From positions 28,582,001 to 28,646,000 of the forward strand of contig OX597817.1 of NCBI GenBank assembly GCA_951406725.2: a stretch of DNA of 64,000 nucleotides, read 5' to 3'. The notes below the pieces were generated by a model that ran no database searches, was not told the DNA's origin, and was given only the letters and a program-made list of their open reading frames with translations. Source of the DNA: Octopus vulgaris (taxonomy: Eukaryota). Below are positions 1 through 13,209 of this stretch, one piece after another (within the stretch, counting starts at the first letter, position 1; each line of letters begins with the position of its first letter). Made by a program: the position numbers and the translations under genes.

Positions 1-394
1 CTAAATATTTCATTCAATTAATTCAGGTTCTGACCCTGTTCAGTTATTCAAGAGTTGTTAAAAGGGGCGTCAGTTACCCATTATATATAGCGCAGTTTAT
101 TTTATTTTGATAATGTGGTATAACAGTGAGATAAATCCCATTTTTGTGATAAAGATTATTTTTCAACATACCCAAACACACAGCTGTGTATTTTTAAAAT
201 TTTGCTTATGTGGCATCCCTGACTTCCGTATGCTTTTCTGTTCTGGTAGAGTTCATATTGATGATGTTCAGTTCAAATTTTTATTTTAAAACATAGGTAA
301 GAAAAAGGTGGGCACAGATCTAATGAAAAAATAATTGAGTGAAGTGTTTAGCACAATGAATTGAAATTGATGAAAGAAGGATCTTTTAATTTTT

Positions 395-753
395 TTATTT
401 GGTTCAGCCATCAGATTGTGCTATGCCAGGGCAGCAACTTGAATTTTATTTTGAATGGATTGACCCCAGTGCTTAATTTTTTAAAGTCTGGTATTTATTC
501 TATTGGCCTCTTTCATGGAACCACTAGGTTATAGGGACATAAACAAAGCAACACCAGTAGTCAAGCATTTGTGGAAGACAAGCACACACACACACACGAC
601 AGATTTCTATTCAGTTTCTCTCTGCCAAATCAACTCACAAGGCTTTGGTCAGCCTCAGGCTATAGTAGAAGACACTTGCCCAAGTTCTTAAGCAGTGGGA
701 CTGAACCTGAAATCATTTGGTTGGGGAGCAAGATTCTTACCACACAGCCATAC
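395..753 (-). mobile_element. tRNA-derived SINE (octopus-type), diverged
   Basis: Minus strand starts GTATGGCTGTGTGGTAAG (A-box-like) ... GGTTCAGTCCC (B-box-like). The body is shared with copies at 23312 and 42956. Confidence 0.75.
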
Positions 754-769
754 CTTTGTGTATTAGGGT

Positions 770-1850
770 GAGGGAAGAGAGGTAAATGTGTTGGGTAACT
801 TGGTTATAATGTCCCCTAAATTATGAAATTTAGTGTAAACAAAAGAGCATGAAAGACATAACTAAACCATGGCACAATTCTGAGTTTGTCAAAATTTAGG
901 CTGCAAAAATACCTGGTGAACTAGCATCCAATTCATGAGATATGATGAATAGAACCAACTGGAAGACAACATAATATGGTTTGCTTTAGTTCAAGATAAC
1001 AGTCTTGCTTTCATCAAGTTGTCAAAAGCAGGAGAACCATCTGTGATCTCTGTAGATCTCTGAAGAGGCACTTTGCAGAAATAATGGTACTGATTCTTGA
1101 AAAGTGTAGGAGACACCAGAATGTTGTTGTTTTGGATTGTTTCAATCATCTTTGAGTTGTTGAAACTAGTGGAAGTAGAGGAAGAACTGGTAGGTTCAGA
1201 GTAATAGTTTTCCTTGGGAATTGGACATAGTGTCATGCTACTCTATAGCTTGGGTGAGATACTACCTTTATAGAGAGAGAGAGATTTAAGAGTTTGGTAA
1301 GATTAGTGCTATCTCAGGAAATAACCCTTCTAAGAATTGGTTGCTTTATTGAACAGTAGTGACTGAAGAATTGTTCAAGTAATGCAACCAGCTTTGTGTA
1401 TGTGATATTGAGGCTGGTGGAGCAGAGATGGAGAGTATGTAGAAGGTTTGTTGAATTTTTGCTCTGTTGTGTTGGAAGCAGGACTGCCAGCAAATTCACT
1501 GCCTTTTATGGTGCTACATATAAAACTATCTTGGTTGCAGAATAGTATACAGTGATTGGAATAGTTTGGAGAGGATACAGTACGTGAATTAGCATAGCAT
1601 GATTTTGTTCTAAATGTTCAGGAGTGACTATAAATTTTGTATGATTTTGAAAAAAAAAATATGTAAAATTAGCCTGAACAAGAGAGATGATAAGGAGATA
1701 TGGGATGAATGAGTAGTGTCTCAGAGGTGACTAGTCAGTGTTGTTTCTGTGATAATAGTAGGTGTTGTATAGGTTTAAGTTTGAACCAAAGGTAACAAAA
1801 ATTAGAAGTAAAGGGAGAATTGTCCAATAGTTTATTTTTAAAAAATTCTA
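770..1850 (-). mobile_element. Old non-LTR retrotransposon relic, RT N-terminal region (CR1/L2/Jockey-like)
   Basis: ORF 991..1236 has degenerate LINE RT motifs in the correct order: PIPK...SKMIETI...QY...RST...AFD. Frames are broken and boundaries approximate. Confidence 0.6.
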
Positions 1851-1930
1851 TTTGATTTCTCTAATTTTCAATATATTGTTTTTGCAATTTGATAATTTGT
1901 TAATTTCCATGTATTTAGAAATAAAATCTA

Positions 1931-1966
1931 CATTGCATTTTTTGTTTCTGTATTTTTCAGGTAAGT
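1931..1966 (+). other. Candidate recursive splice site (3'ss immediately followed by 5'ss)
   Basis: cattgcatttttttgtttctgtatttttCAG|GTAAGT. AG at 1959-1960, consensus donor GTAAGT at 1961-1966. Confidence 0.45.
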
Positions 1967-3447
1967 GGTAATGAAAAACTTCATTTATAAGAGCAGATCA
2001 TACCTTTTTTCGCAAATATGTGAAAGGAACCCATTTCAGTTTTAGCTGAAATTTGCAGTATCCTGTGGTAATGGTAAATTCTGTGTTTTATGATTTATAA
2101 AAAGAAGAGGGAAGAACATATAGAAATAATCATCATGGTAAATATTCCACCAGTTTAGTAATCATCACAGTCATTGAGGCAATGTAAGTTGTTAAGAAAT
2201 TGCATGCTGACCTCATGATACCTCTTATAATACTGCTTGAAGAAAAGCTGAACTATCTAGCCATTTGAGAAACTAAAGCATTAAGACAGTAACAAGCTAA
2301 TGCTATCTGAATTGTAAGGATCTATAAGGCCAGTGCAGATCTCTGGTTTTCAATAGTATTCAGAGGATTTGATAGAAATCTTCTCTAAGTTAGTTTATTG
2401 TTTTTCATCTACAACTTTTCCCATTAAATACTACACTGCAATCATCCTTCACAGCATTTATTGTTTGTTTTATGGCTCTAGGTCACTCTTACTGATTGAG
2501 CCTAACCTGTCCATGACCAACCCTCATTCTTTTTTCAGGCATCTAAGACTGCAATGTCCAATATGTTCTTTCTTTTCAAAGAAAGTTATTTTACTATTTG
2601 AGGATTGTTTGGTTACTATTTCTAAAACTTCGAGCAAACACCATGCAGTTCCTCATGTTGTTGCTGACATTAGTCAATTATAATATCTGTAGTGCTTATT
2701 TAGAGCTAAATATGTTACAGTATTATCTTGGCCAAGTATGCAATAAATTCTTTACTGCTTATCGGAATTGAAACATTTTTAAGGTCAAATTTTCTCCAGG
2801 ATTATTATTACTTTATAAAACAAATATATTTTATGGTTAACCATTACAATATTGTGTTGACCATCCATACAAAATTACCTGGATATCGGAAAATGAGTGC
2901 TTATGAATGGAAATGATAGTTCAAACTCTAGTATATCTGAATTAACTGCAAGCATAAAACTTAAACTATTTACAGTTGTTTATGAATTAATGTGTATTTA
3001 CATTTACTCTCATCGAGTTATCTGTTTTACATGGATATGGCTGTATCAGAGTGGTTACAGCTGTCACCATAACAACAATATACAAGAAGCATGTTAGCAT
3101 GTATAATAAAACAATGTTATGCTGAAAGGATCTTCCTATCTAATGCCCAAAAAACCCAGTATGATATATTTCTGGCATCTCTTCTGTTTTAGCTTTTTTA
3201 AAATTTGATATTACCTAGATAATACAATGATCCGCAAGAAATAAATATTTCCTGATGTTTGTAATCTCCAAAATGAGGATGGTTATTATGGAACAAATAG
3301 AGTATTGGATTATACAGTATCTTATACACACACATACACAATAACATGCATATACAGTATTTAAAAAAATGCATTTTTGTTGATATACAATGTGATGTTT
3401 GTAATAACAAAATAATAAACTTTAACAATAATGTAAGAATGTGTGTA

Positions 3448-3592
3448 TGGTCTTAGGAAGGGCATCCAGCTGTAGAAACCAAGTTAAAATGAAGTATTTG
3501 AGTCAGATGTGGTTATCTGATCCATGAAGGATGGCAATAACGTCCTGTCTAATGCATGCCTCTATTATGGAAAGAGGCATAAATAATGTTAA
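3448..3592 (+). mobile_element. Degenerate RTE-LINE 3' tail fragment
   Basis: ttaggaagggcatccagctgtagaaac is identical to the motif in the copies at 47713 and 49327. Confidence 0.6.
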
Positions 3593-4963
3593 TGTGACAC
3601 ACACACATGCACATATACAATATAAACTCAAAATTCTTTATATAACAAGAAATGAGACATAGCTAGGCAGGGTTCATAATAAGGTGATTTTTGATACTTC
3701 ATTTCCAAAATACTTGTTTCCATCCTTTCACTTTGCATGAGAATGTTTTTTTTGTTTTCTTCTTTATATAGGAGATTTCTCTAAATACATGAAACAACAA
3801 AGGAAAACAATGGAAGTTATGATATATATAGACAACACATAATTAATTCAAAATATACTATTTCCTGACTTGCTTTACATTGATTCTAATTTCCTCTTCT
3901 TGAGGTACCTTTTAATTAAGAGAAATTCTCAATTGATATTACTCTAGAGGAATAGAAACAAGATCGAATATTACTGTGGATATTCTGGTACCATTATTAA
4001 TTTCATTTATATTACCTAATCAATTCCCACCGACAATCTATCAGTGCTGTATTGTTTTTAGTGTAACAATTAAGTAGTTATTATGTATCTAATTATAAGT
4101 TCAATATATAAAAATGTAAATATATATGAACAAATAGAATTATATTAATTATTAAGTAAAATAACTTTGTCTTTTACATCAACCAACATAATTATTTGTG
4201 ATGAACATTAATGTTTTTATGAAGCATTGGATAGAATGTTTACTATATCTTGTGTCATTTCGCTAGTATTTACCCTAATTTAATATTATAGTTAATCAGA
4301 ATTCATGTTAATTGCTATCAAAAGCCATTGATGAAACATAAAGGAAATGAAGCAAATCCTCAAATAAATTATCAAAAGTATTTTTCTAAGAGAGTTTCAG
4401 ATTAATATTACACAGTTCAGAATTGAAAGTAAATTTATGAGAGAGAAAGAGAGGAAATGTTCTTGCCAACTTGTAAGTTTGTATTTTATTTTGGTATGTG
4501 TTTTTCTGCCAAGATAGGTTGATAATGAAAGATTATATGGAAAGGTGCTAAGCTGGTAGAGATAAGATATTCTGACTTTTAGTGAATAATTGTTTGTTGT
4601 TAATTGCTTGAAAGATTAACTAGAAAAATTTAGTGTATTTTGTAAAATTTATGAAATCAGAAGAGTAAGGTGGCAAATATGTTCATGCAGGTCATGAAAA
4701 CAATGTACAGTAGTGGTGTTTACTGTAGATAATTTTCCATCTAGGCATATTTTATTTGTTTAATTTTTAAGTGAATATTGTTTACAATCTCTTTAGGTAC
4801 ATATTTACTTGGGCTACCTTCTTCAATTCTGCTCTTCCTTTTATCTCTCAATCTTTCTCCATCCATTCACATCAAACATTGATTTATTACATAGATATAA
4901 GACTTCCAATTTGGTGGATGAGTGCCACAAATAAACTAAATTCCATTGTTCGATTAGTATTTA

Positions 4964-5479
4964 CTAGCAGTATAGCCCGGTGTTGCCCGGGTTAAGTTAG
5001 GATTATTAAGTGATCAAGCGCCTTATTTCAAACCAAAATAAGTGACACTGACATCAAATTTGAGCAAAATCCATTGAAATTGGTAAACCTTTGGCTGAAA
5101 ATGGGTTGCAGGCAATTCGATTGGGAAATCCCATAAGGAAATGGTTTATCGATTATTTCCACTCATCAATTATTTACCTTTTTTTTGTTAGATGCTGTCA
5201 AACTCTCTCTCCTTCACACACACACACATTTTTACTTTGCTATGGCAAGAAGGGACTTAACTCATGTTAGCAAACTTCAAAATTGCTAAAAGTTATGGCT
5301 GAAAATCAAGTTTTACCACTATCCGTGGGTGCCTCGGGAAAAATAATTTGACGAAAATACAGCTAGGACCGTAATGAATGTCCTCCTAAAATTGAAGTGA
5401 CATGCGTGCTAATTTGTGGATGTGCATAAATTACATTCACGTACACACACACACATCCAGCTTTTTATAGATATACAGA
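4964..5479 (-). mobile_element. Non-autonomous Helitron
   Basis: Minus strand: A|TC... 5' end, subterminal hairpin CCCGGGCAACACCGGG, CTAG|T 3' end. It splits a SINE-like motif (tagtattta|ttttattgacc) at an AT dinucleotide with no TSD. Confidence 0.75.
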
Positions 5480-8400
5480 TTTTATTGACCCCCCAGAGAA
5501 CAAAAAGCAATGTCCACATTGCTGACTTTTGAACCCAGTGCATAAAGGTACACAACTATATATCACATGACTGATTCTTCTGAACCACCACATATTATTA
5601 TTCATTTTAACTTACACCTATTCTGATAGTCATACATATTACTTACCTGCTCTCACTGTACATTTAACCAGTTCTTTGTCCAATTTTCTGACATGCTTCT
5701 TGCTTAATGAATATGTTTTTTACTTAACAATTTAATTTGTTATTCCTGTTACCATTACTCATTTCATTTCTGCTTAGCATTCAAGTTTACATTGATTACT
5801 ATGGGTATTATTCAAATTTTATTTTCAAAAATATAGTAAAATTCATCTGTCACTTGCAGCTTGCATTCTCATGTGAATTGAACTCAATTTTGCTGATTCA
5901 GCATTCCACCATTCATTTTCATTAAATTATATAAATCTCTTCAGAATGAAACTATTTTCTAAAACCTGTTTTTGGGGTGGGGGCAATGTTGGAGTTGTAT
6001 AATTTGAATTCCGTATTCACATTATTATTATTATCATTATTATTTTTATTATTATTATTACTTTTTTTTTTTGCTCTAACCTCTATAAGCAGAACAAGAA
6101 ATAAACATTGAATTATTTTCTCTCTTAAATCTTTAACTGAAAATTTTGTAAGAATGTGCATTTTTAAAAGCATACATATGCATTTATGGAGCTACTTCTG
6201 TGGAAACATATATATATATATATATTTGTATGTTCTAAATGCAACTTGTATACACTTAACACTATAAATCCCTTATGCTGCCAACACATATTGATATTCC
6301 TTAATACTTTAAGGGTTTTACAAAGCAGCTGATTCTAATACTTTATTTTGTTTAAGCATTCACAGTTAAGAAAAACCAAAAAACACATAAATAAACTGCA
6401 GTGTTTTATGCTGCTTTTCACAGTTCATGGTAAACAATGTGTTCAGTGTTGCTGGGTGTCTGGTCAGTCATGAAAACTTTATTAATTGAAGCTGAAGAGG
6501 CAAATAGGTCACGTATGCACAGATATTCCTACACAGGTGTGTGTGCGTGTGTAAACACAGCAGATGCACACACATGTACTATACTTTTAGGCATTCTTAC
6601 ATTTACAATTGCCCATCCAAACTCAATTTTCCACATTTATAACCAATGCTCTCTCACACATAGTAAGGCTTCTACAGATACAGTCTGTTTGGAAAGAATA
6701 AATGATTTATTGAATGTTACTGAATGAATGTGGGTTGCTGTTCTTTATTTCTTCTTCCTGTTTTGTCTGATTTAATTCAAATTTCGTTGGTGCTTTGCTC
6801 AAGTGATAGTGATGACCTATTTAATTTCTGTCGGAATAGCTATTACATTAGTTCATTTATCATCATCATTGTCATCATTGTTTAATGTTCTCCGTCCAGG
6901 CTGGCATGGGTTAGATGGTTTGACAGGAGCTGGCCAGTGTAGTTTACAATATGGCTTTAAAAATATCTACTTGATATACTTTTACTAGTCATATCAGTGT
7001 CATCAGAAAAGCATGAAAGTTGTGGTGATATGTGTTTTAGTGTTTCAAGGATAGCAAGTAATTCAGCACAATTGATATTAGAGGTCTAAAGAAATTTTGA
7101 ACCAATGTGTATCTGCACAGTGACAAAGAATTGAAATTGCAGTGTGTTAGAAGTAAACCATAAAGGATAAATATATTCATGCACACATTTGTATATGCTT
7201 ATGCTTATAAGTTACGTGTATATTTATCTATGAATACAATGTGTATATTTGCACACACAGATGCATAAATAATGATTTCAATACACATGCAAAGTGTGTC
7301 TGCAATTTCTGCTTTCAAGTTTCCAAAAAAGTAAAATAAATAAAAGAAACTGAATGCCTAAATCTTAATTTCAACCATTTTGCTGTTGCATTTCCAACTA
7401 CTACTTGTTGGAAATAACTTGTTTATCGATATTTCCACAATAGTATATCCTAATAACGGTTGTTGAATGTGTCTTGCTCACATTTATTGTATATGTGTAT
7501 TGCCAGGTAATAATTTAACCTAATTTATTTTGTAGTAGCTGCATACACATTCCTTTACAGTAGTTCAGTTATAATTAACATATCCAAACTAGTTTCTCAA
7601 TCCTTTTAAAATGTTCTCTGTCATTGTTTCATCTTTTTCTAGGCGACTTGCAAAGAATAAAAATCAACCAGAAACCAAATAACAACATAAATAAAATAAA
7701 ATAAAATCGCAAAATAATTCATTCACATCTATATCAAAGCTTGAATCAATATCAACATTTACATCCCATAATACTACGCTAAAAAGATTTATATCCTAAA
7801 TTATGTTGTAGACATGGACTTTTATTGTTTCCATTTCCATTAAATCCAGGTACTGGAATTGATAATTACAAGGTATCATTTCTTCAAGAGGAACAAAGAA
7901 AATCTCTGCTATCAGCCTCTTGGCATATGTGCAGTGGTTCTACATTACAAAAACTTGCAACTGTATACACACACACACATATACATGTTCTTAATTGAAA
8001 AATTCAAGACATAAAAACTGAAAACGTTTTCTTTCAAGAAACATTCGTTCTCATATCTCTCAGCATTCATTGTTATTGATGTGTATCTTTTGATTCTTAA
8101 TATTTCTAGGTAAGCTTTTCTGTTGATTGTCAGGTGGGCCCACGTGTTATCTGTACATGATTTCAAAATCTTTTGCTTACTTATTAAATCATTAATCATT
8201 TTGATTATTTTAGTGTGACTCAAATCTGTTTGACATTGTGTATTTTTACAAATGCATTATATTTTGAAATAGGAAAAATGAAAATTTTTTGATGCTGCTC
8301 AGACAGTAATGACATCAAAAAATCATTTTAACACATGTGCCCTTTTCATTCACTTAAAGAATTGCTTTGTGAGAAAAGACTAAACTTAAGATTACATTCT

Positions 8401-8503
8401 GAAATGACAGTAAAAAAATGAGCTTATCTAATGAAAATAGATTATTTATTCCTGAACATTATTGTGCATAAGTCCCTTCTACAGTTCATGACACAAAAGT
8501 GTA

Positions 8504-8724
8504 CAGTAATCCCTCGCCATATTGTGGTTCACCTCTCATGGTTTATTATTTAAGCTTACGTTGATTCCTCCATGGTGTTGTTTTGCATTTATTATAAAAT
8601 AAATGTATACAAATGATGAAAATAATAAAAAAAAAACACAGTACAATACTGGTTCTACTTTGTGGATTTTCACCTATCACAGAGGTTTTGGAACGTAGCG
8701 CCCATGCTGATTGAGGGATTACTG
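8504..8724. mobile_element. Pogo/Tigger-type MITE
   Basis: TIR CAGTAATCCCTC ... GAGGGATTACTG flanked by TA on both sides. Confidence 0.8.
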
Positions 8725-9074
8725 TACAACAAAAACAGAAGAAAACAAGGGCTTCTGTTTGGTACCTCACCTTGGTAGAAACACTAATGTGTTAATATGA
8801 AATAGGGAGTAACGTATTGAATGTTGTGTAAAATAAATTCCCCCAATTTATAAAAATTCCTGAGTTGTTAATGGAAAAAGAAAAAACTCAATGGCTGATC
8901 TCAGCAACTCTGAGAGAAGGGAAATTCCTAGAAATGTAGAATAGATTTCTCAAGGTAATGTACATGGTTAAGGAAGGAGCAATTTGATTTTTGTTTGCAA
9001 GTAAGAGATAAGTATGGATGTATGTCTCAGTCTATTTGACTTTGTCAGCATGGTGAAGTCGGACTAATGCAGCA

Positions 9075-9475
9075 GATCTGTATTTGACTGGTATTTTATT
9101 TTTATTGATGCCAGCAGAACAAATGGTAAAGCTGATTTTGGTGGGATTTGAACTCAGAACATAAAATGCTGCAAGAAATGCTGCAAAAAGTCTTTTCTGA
9201 TGCTTAGTGATTCTGTTAATCCACCTCCCTGGTGGTGATGGTGGTAGTAGTAGTAGTAGTAGCTCTTTCTAAATTTGGCACAAGGCTAATAACTTCAAAG
9301 GGATTTAAATCAAATACATTGACCCAAGTACTCAATTGGTACTTATTTTATCAACCCTAAGAAGACAAAAAGGTAAAGTTAACATTGGTGGAATTTGAAC
9401 TCAAAACATAGAGACATGCCATTAACCATATTGTCTGGCATGCTAACAGTTCTGCAAGCTCTACACTTCAGCATA
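9075..9475 (-). mobile_element. Two tandem diverged SINE fragments
   Basis: Recurrent motif ctggtacttattttatYRacccY...aaagg(t/c)aaag...ggaatttgaactcagaac, also seen near 10155-10310, 10618-10830 and 5480. Confidence 0.6.
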
Positions 9476-9659
9476 ATAATAGTAATGATGATAGAAATAA
9501 TGATAATAATAAAGATATCAGGAGACTACTGAAAACTTGTGGATACAGGTTACAGGTTGTAAGCCACGACCCACATAAATCCTATCAGGAATTAGAGCGA
9601 ACCTGAGTCAAACCAAATAATAATAATAATAATAATAATAATTATAACGTACATTGTTT

Positions 9660-10145
9660 TGTCTTATTATAAAAGATAGGCTACAGCAAATATTCTGCTC
9701 AGTACCACAGATTTGCTTGTCAGTTTTTTTTACCTTAACCAGTTGAGCATGTCCCTTAGTGGCTGACAATATGTGCATCTCTGATCATGAGCAGAAATAG
9801 TGGGGGAGCATCATAGCAATGTGTTGAGAGGGATTCTTTGGGGTTTGAATAATTCACCTCTGGAAACATGGGTGTTTCATTCAACATCCTTAAACAACCC
9901 TTATTTAGGGACCTTTTGAACGGGATGGGTTACTCGACCAGAAGAAAATTCTAACTGGGCCCCCACCTGCAAGGTCATGTGCTGTTTATCTTGATATGAG
10001 ATCACCATGTCACGCACATATTGTTGTGATGCATGTGCCTAGTGTACCCTTATCAGACGGGTAGTCATGATGGTTATACTGAGCTTCGTATATTTTACCC
10101 CAGTGTCACTTTGAGGGCATGCACTACTCTCTCACTCAATAATAA
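9660..10145. mobile_element. Unclassified interspersed repeat, probably a retroposon 3' region, between (AAT)n runs
   Basis: Higher-GC block bounded by (AAT)n at about 9617-9645 and 10138-10150. Family not determined from sequence. Confidence 0.4.
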
Positions 10146-10154
10146 TGATAATGA

Positions 10155-10830
10155 CTTCAAATTTTAGCATAAGGCCAACAATTTAGGTGGAGGGACTAAG
10201 TCAATTACATTGACTCCAGTGCTCAACTGGTACTTAATCAATCCTGAAAGGATGAAAAGCAGAGTGGAGCCTAGTGGAATTAGAACTTGAAAGGTAAGCA
10301 TGGATGAATAATAATAATAATGATAATTTGTAATTTAGAAAGTAATAAATACAGCAGCAGTAATAATATTAGAAATAAAGCGAAGAAGATATGGTAATCT
10401 AGCATTTCCCTTTCCAGGAAGGTAATGATATCTTGCAAACAACTTGCACATGCAAGTGCTACCAGTTAAAAGCTCCGTATATCGGAAGCTAGCAAGTCAT
10501 TAGGCTCTATCAACTGTTATATAGTTTGAATATACAGCTAATAGAGAAAATAGATGTATCAACCAAGGAGTTGACATAGCCATGTCATATGATCATGTCA
10601 ATGATATTAAAATTATGGTTTCCAACATAGGCACTGGGCCAGTAATTTTGATGGGAGGCAATTATTTGATGTATCAACCCCCAGTTTTTGATTGGTATTC
10701 CATTTTATTGACCCCTAAAATGGGGAAAGGTAAAGCTGACTTCATTGGAATTTGAAAGTGATATGTAAAGAGCCGGAAGAAATACTGGAAAGCATTTTTC
10801 CAGATGTTCTAAGAATTCCATTAGCTCATT
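10155..10830 (-). mobile_element. Further diverged SINE fragments (about 10155-10310 and 10618-10830)
   Basis: Same attgaccc...aaaggtaaagctgac...ggaatttgaa core as at 9075-9475. Confidence 0.55.
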
Positions 10831-10869
10831 GTCTTCATTGATATTGAAATAATAGTACAGAGAAATTGA

Positions 10870-11087
10870 TTAACCCTTCATCGTTTAAACAGGCCATATC
10901 TGACCAAAGTGTTCTACTTGTTTTATGTTCAAACAAGCCAGATCTGGCCTCTCACATCTACCCTTCAATGTCATTTTAAAAATATACAATCATATCATTG
11001 AAATCTTGAAGCTGGAAAATGATCCATGATTGATTCAAAACAATGTGAACAAATAAACATTACATCTGACAGAAAGCTAAGGATTAA
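10870..11087. mobile_element. TTAA-flanked piggyBac-type MITE
   Basis: TTAA-CCCTT... start and ...aaggaTTAA end. An opposite-orientation homolog lies at 35592. Confidence 0.6.
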
Positions 11088-11979
11088 AGAGAAATATAAA
11101 TCATAGGAAGAAATAAAATTCTTCTCCATTCTTACACTAGTTTTATCTTGGCCACACTCTCTGTGCTTCCCAGGAATGGAGAAAAACACAAACATTGCTA
11201 GTCATAACACACACTAAATTTCCAGAAGGATAGTACTGTCCAAATAACTAATATGTGATGGTAGGGACTCTTTAGTCCTATCATATGGCAAGCCCCCAAG
11301 TGCTAGTGGCATGGATATGTGCATCTAGTACAGTCTGGAATGTGACTAGAAGTATGTAGGAAGGACATTCATCTGTAGAAAATATACTACAATGTAAATG
11401 TGAGGCATGGATCCCACAAGAAGCATTGCATGCTACTTGTCTAAGAGACAAGTATTTTGTGACCCTTTAGATTTCTTGATATAGTACTGGTGCTATGGTA
11501 AAATGCATACTATCTTCATTGTAAGACATTGGTTATCTCAGGTGCTCTACATATCTTAATATGAGTTTGACTATAAGAATCTGTCTGTTGCAGCCTGGTA
11601 AAAGAGATGCAAAATGATAGAGATGACAATGATGACGATTTTTATTACTGTTTACCTTTCAAAAAATTTCAAACTAACAATTTTATCTATTCACCTCTCT
11701 CTCTCACACACACATACATAATTGTATGGCCCCGCTGTCATATAATTTCTCATATAAATTCTCTTATTAACTCTCTACCTTCCTCTAACTTTGATAGATT
11801 TATACAGACTTGTAATTTGTCGTTCAGTTAGTTTATTGCTCTTCTTTTTTACTCTCTACTTTTACTTCTATCTCTTCTGCCTCTCCTCACTGTCTCCTTA
11901 AAATAAACTACATCACAATTCCTATACCAGTATTTCTCTACCAGTATTTCTTCAGTCATTTTTCCCCCTTGCTTTTTTG

Positions 11980-12320
11980 ATTGACCTTCTTCATTCTTCA
12001 AAGGAATGTTCTTTTCTTTTTCTCCTTTCTTTTCTTTTTAAAGCATTTTCCAAATTCTTCTTTTACTTTTTCCATTACATTTCACTTATACTTAAACACT
12101 ATCTTTTCTGCCACTGTTCCTAAACACTTATTTTGTAATCTAATAACTCTTTTCTCTCCTCTGTGTCTCTCCCTTTCTCTCCTCTCTCCCTCTGCTTCTC
12201 TCCTCTCTTTCTCCTCTCGTCTCTCACTTGTCTCCTCTCTCTTTCCTCTCGTCTCTCTCACTCTCTCTTTCTCCTCTCATGCGCTCACACACACACACAG
12301 ACACACAAACACACACATAC
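11980..12320. repeat. Polypyrimidine/(CT)n-(CA)n low-complexity tract
   Basis: Direct reading. Explains the spurious ORF 11981..12391. Confidence 0.85.
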
Positions 12321-12840
12321 ATGTTGCTGTTGACTTTTTTGTAGAAGATGTTGCTGTTTTATGTTTTGCTGTTCTTCATCTTTCCTATTGAACTGTTTTC
12401 ACTGCTGCTGTTCTAATCAGCTCTGACACATCTTTCTTTATTAAACTTGAAGACATGTTGAGTGGACTCATGGGGTATGGCTTTGAATGTAAGATGCCTC
12501 CTAATTTTCTCTCAGTGCTGTCCCATCAAGCCATTAACTGGACAAGAAATGAATACCAAGTGTAGTGATGCCAAAAACTTGCTTTAGAATTAGGTTTATT
12601 GCTTTGATTAGCTGCAACAGCACTGGCAAGTAAGTGTGCAAATCTTTGGAAATGCCAATGTCAATTGATACCATATTCATGTCAGTCACCAGATTGGTAA
12701 GTTAATCACAAAGAATGTCAATTACCCCAGACTAACAAAAGATTTGAATTGAGTGTGTTTTTCTTCAATGTTGATGTTTTTTCTTTAGCGTATTTATTCT
12801 GAATGTGCGTCTTTGGACATATGAATTGTAGCTATCGCAT

Positions 12841-12885
12841 ATGTGTACATGGAATAAAATATGCATATATGTATGTGTGTGTGTA

Positions 12886-12925
<40 letters not shown>

Positions 12926-12958
12926 GTACACACATATATATATATGTATGTATATATG

Positions 12959-12990
<32 letters not shown>

Positions 12991-12994
12991 CATA

Positions 12995-13040
<46 letters not shown>
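12841..13040. repeat. Compound (TA)n/(TG)n/(CA)n microsatellite
   Basis: Direct reading. Produces YIYI/CVCV ORFs. Confidence 0.95.
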
Positions 13041-13041
<1 letters not shown>

Positions 13042-13209
13042 TGGTGTGAGTGTTGCAAAAATTTATATCTACAACAGTGATTAACTACTTGGAAAATGTT
13101 AGTGGTTACTTGTTTGTGAGTACACATGTACGCACATACACAAACACACAGACTACACATGCACAGACATGTACATATGCTGACACATACACACATGCAC
13201 ATGTATAGA

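Noticed and set aside
5641-5650. Minus-strand CAG|GTAAGT
   Set aside because: No polypyrimidine tract upstream on that strand, so it is not a recursive-site candidate.
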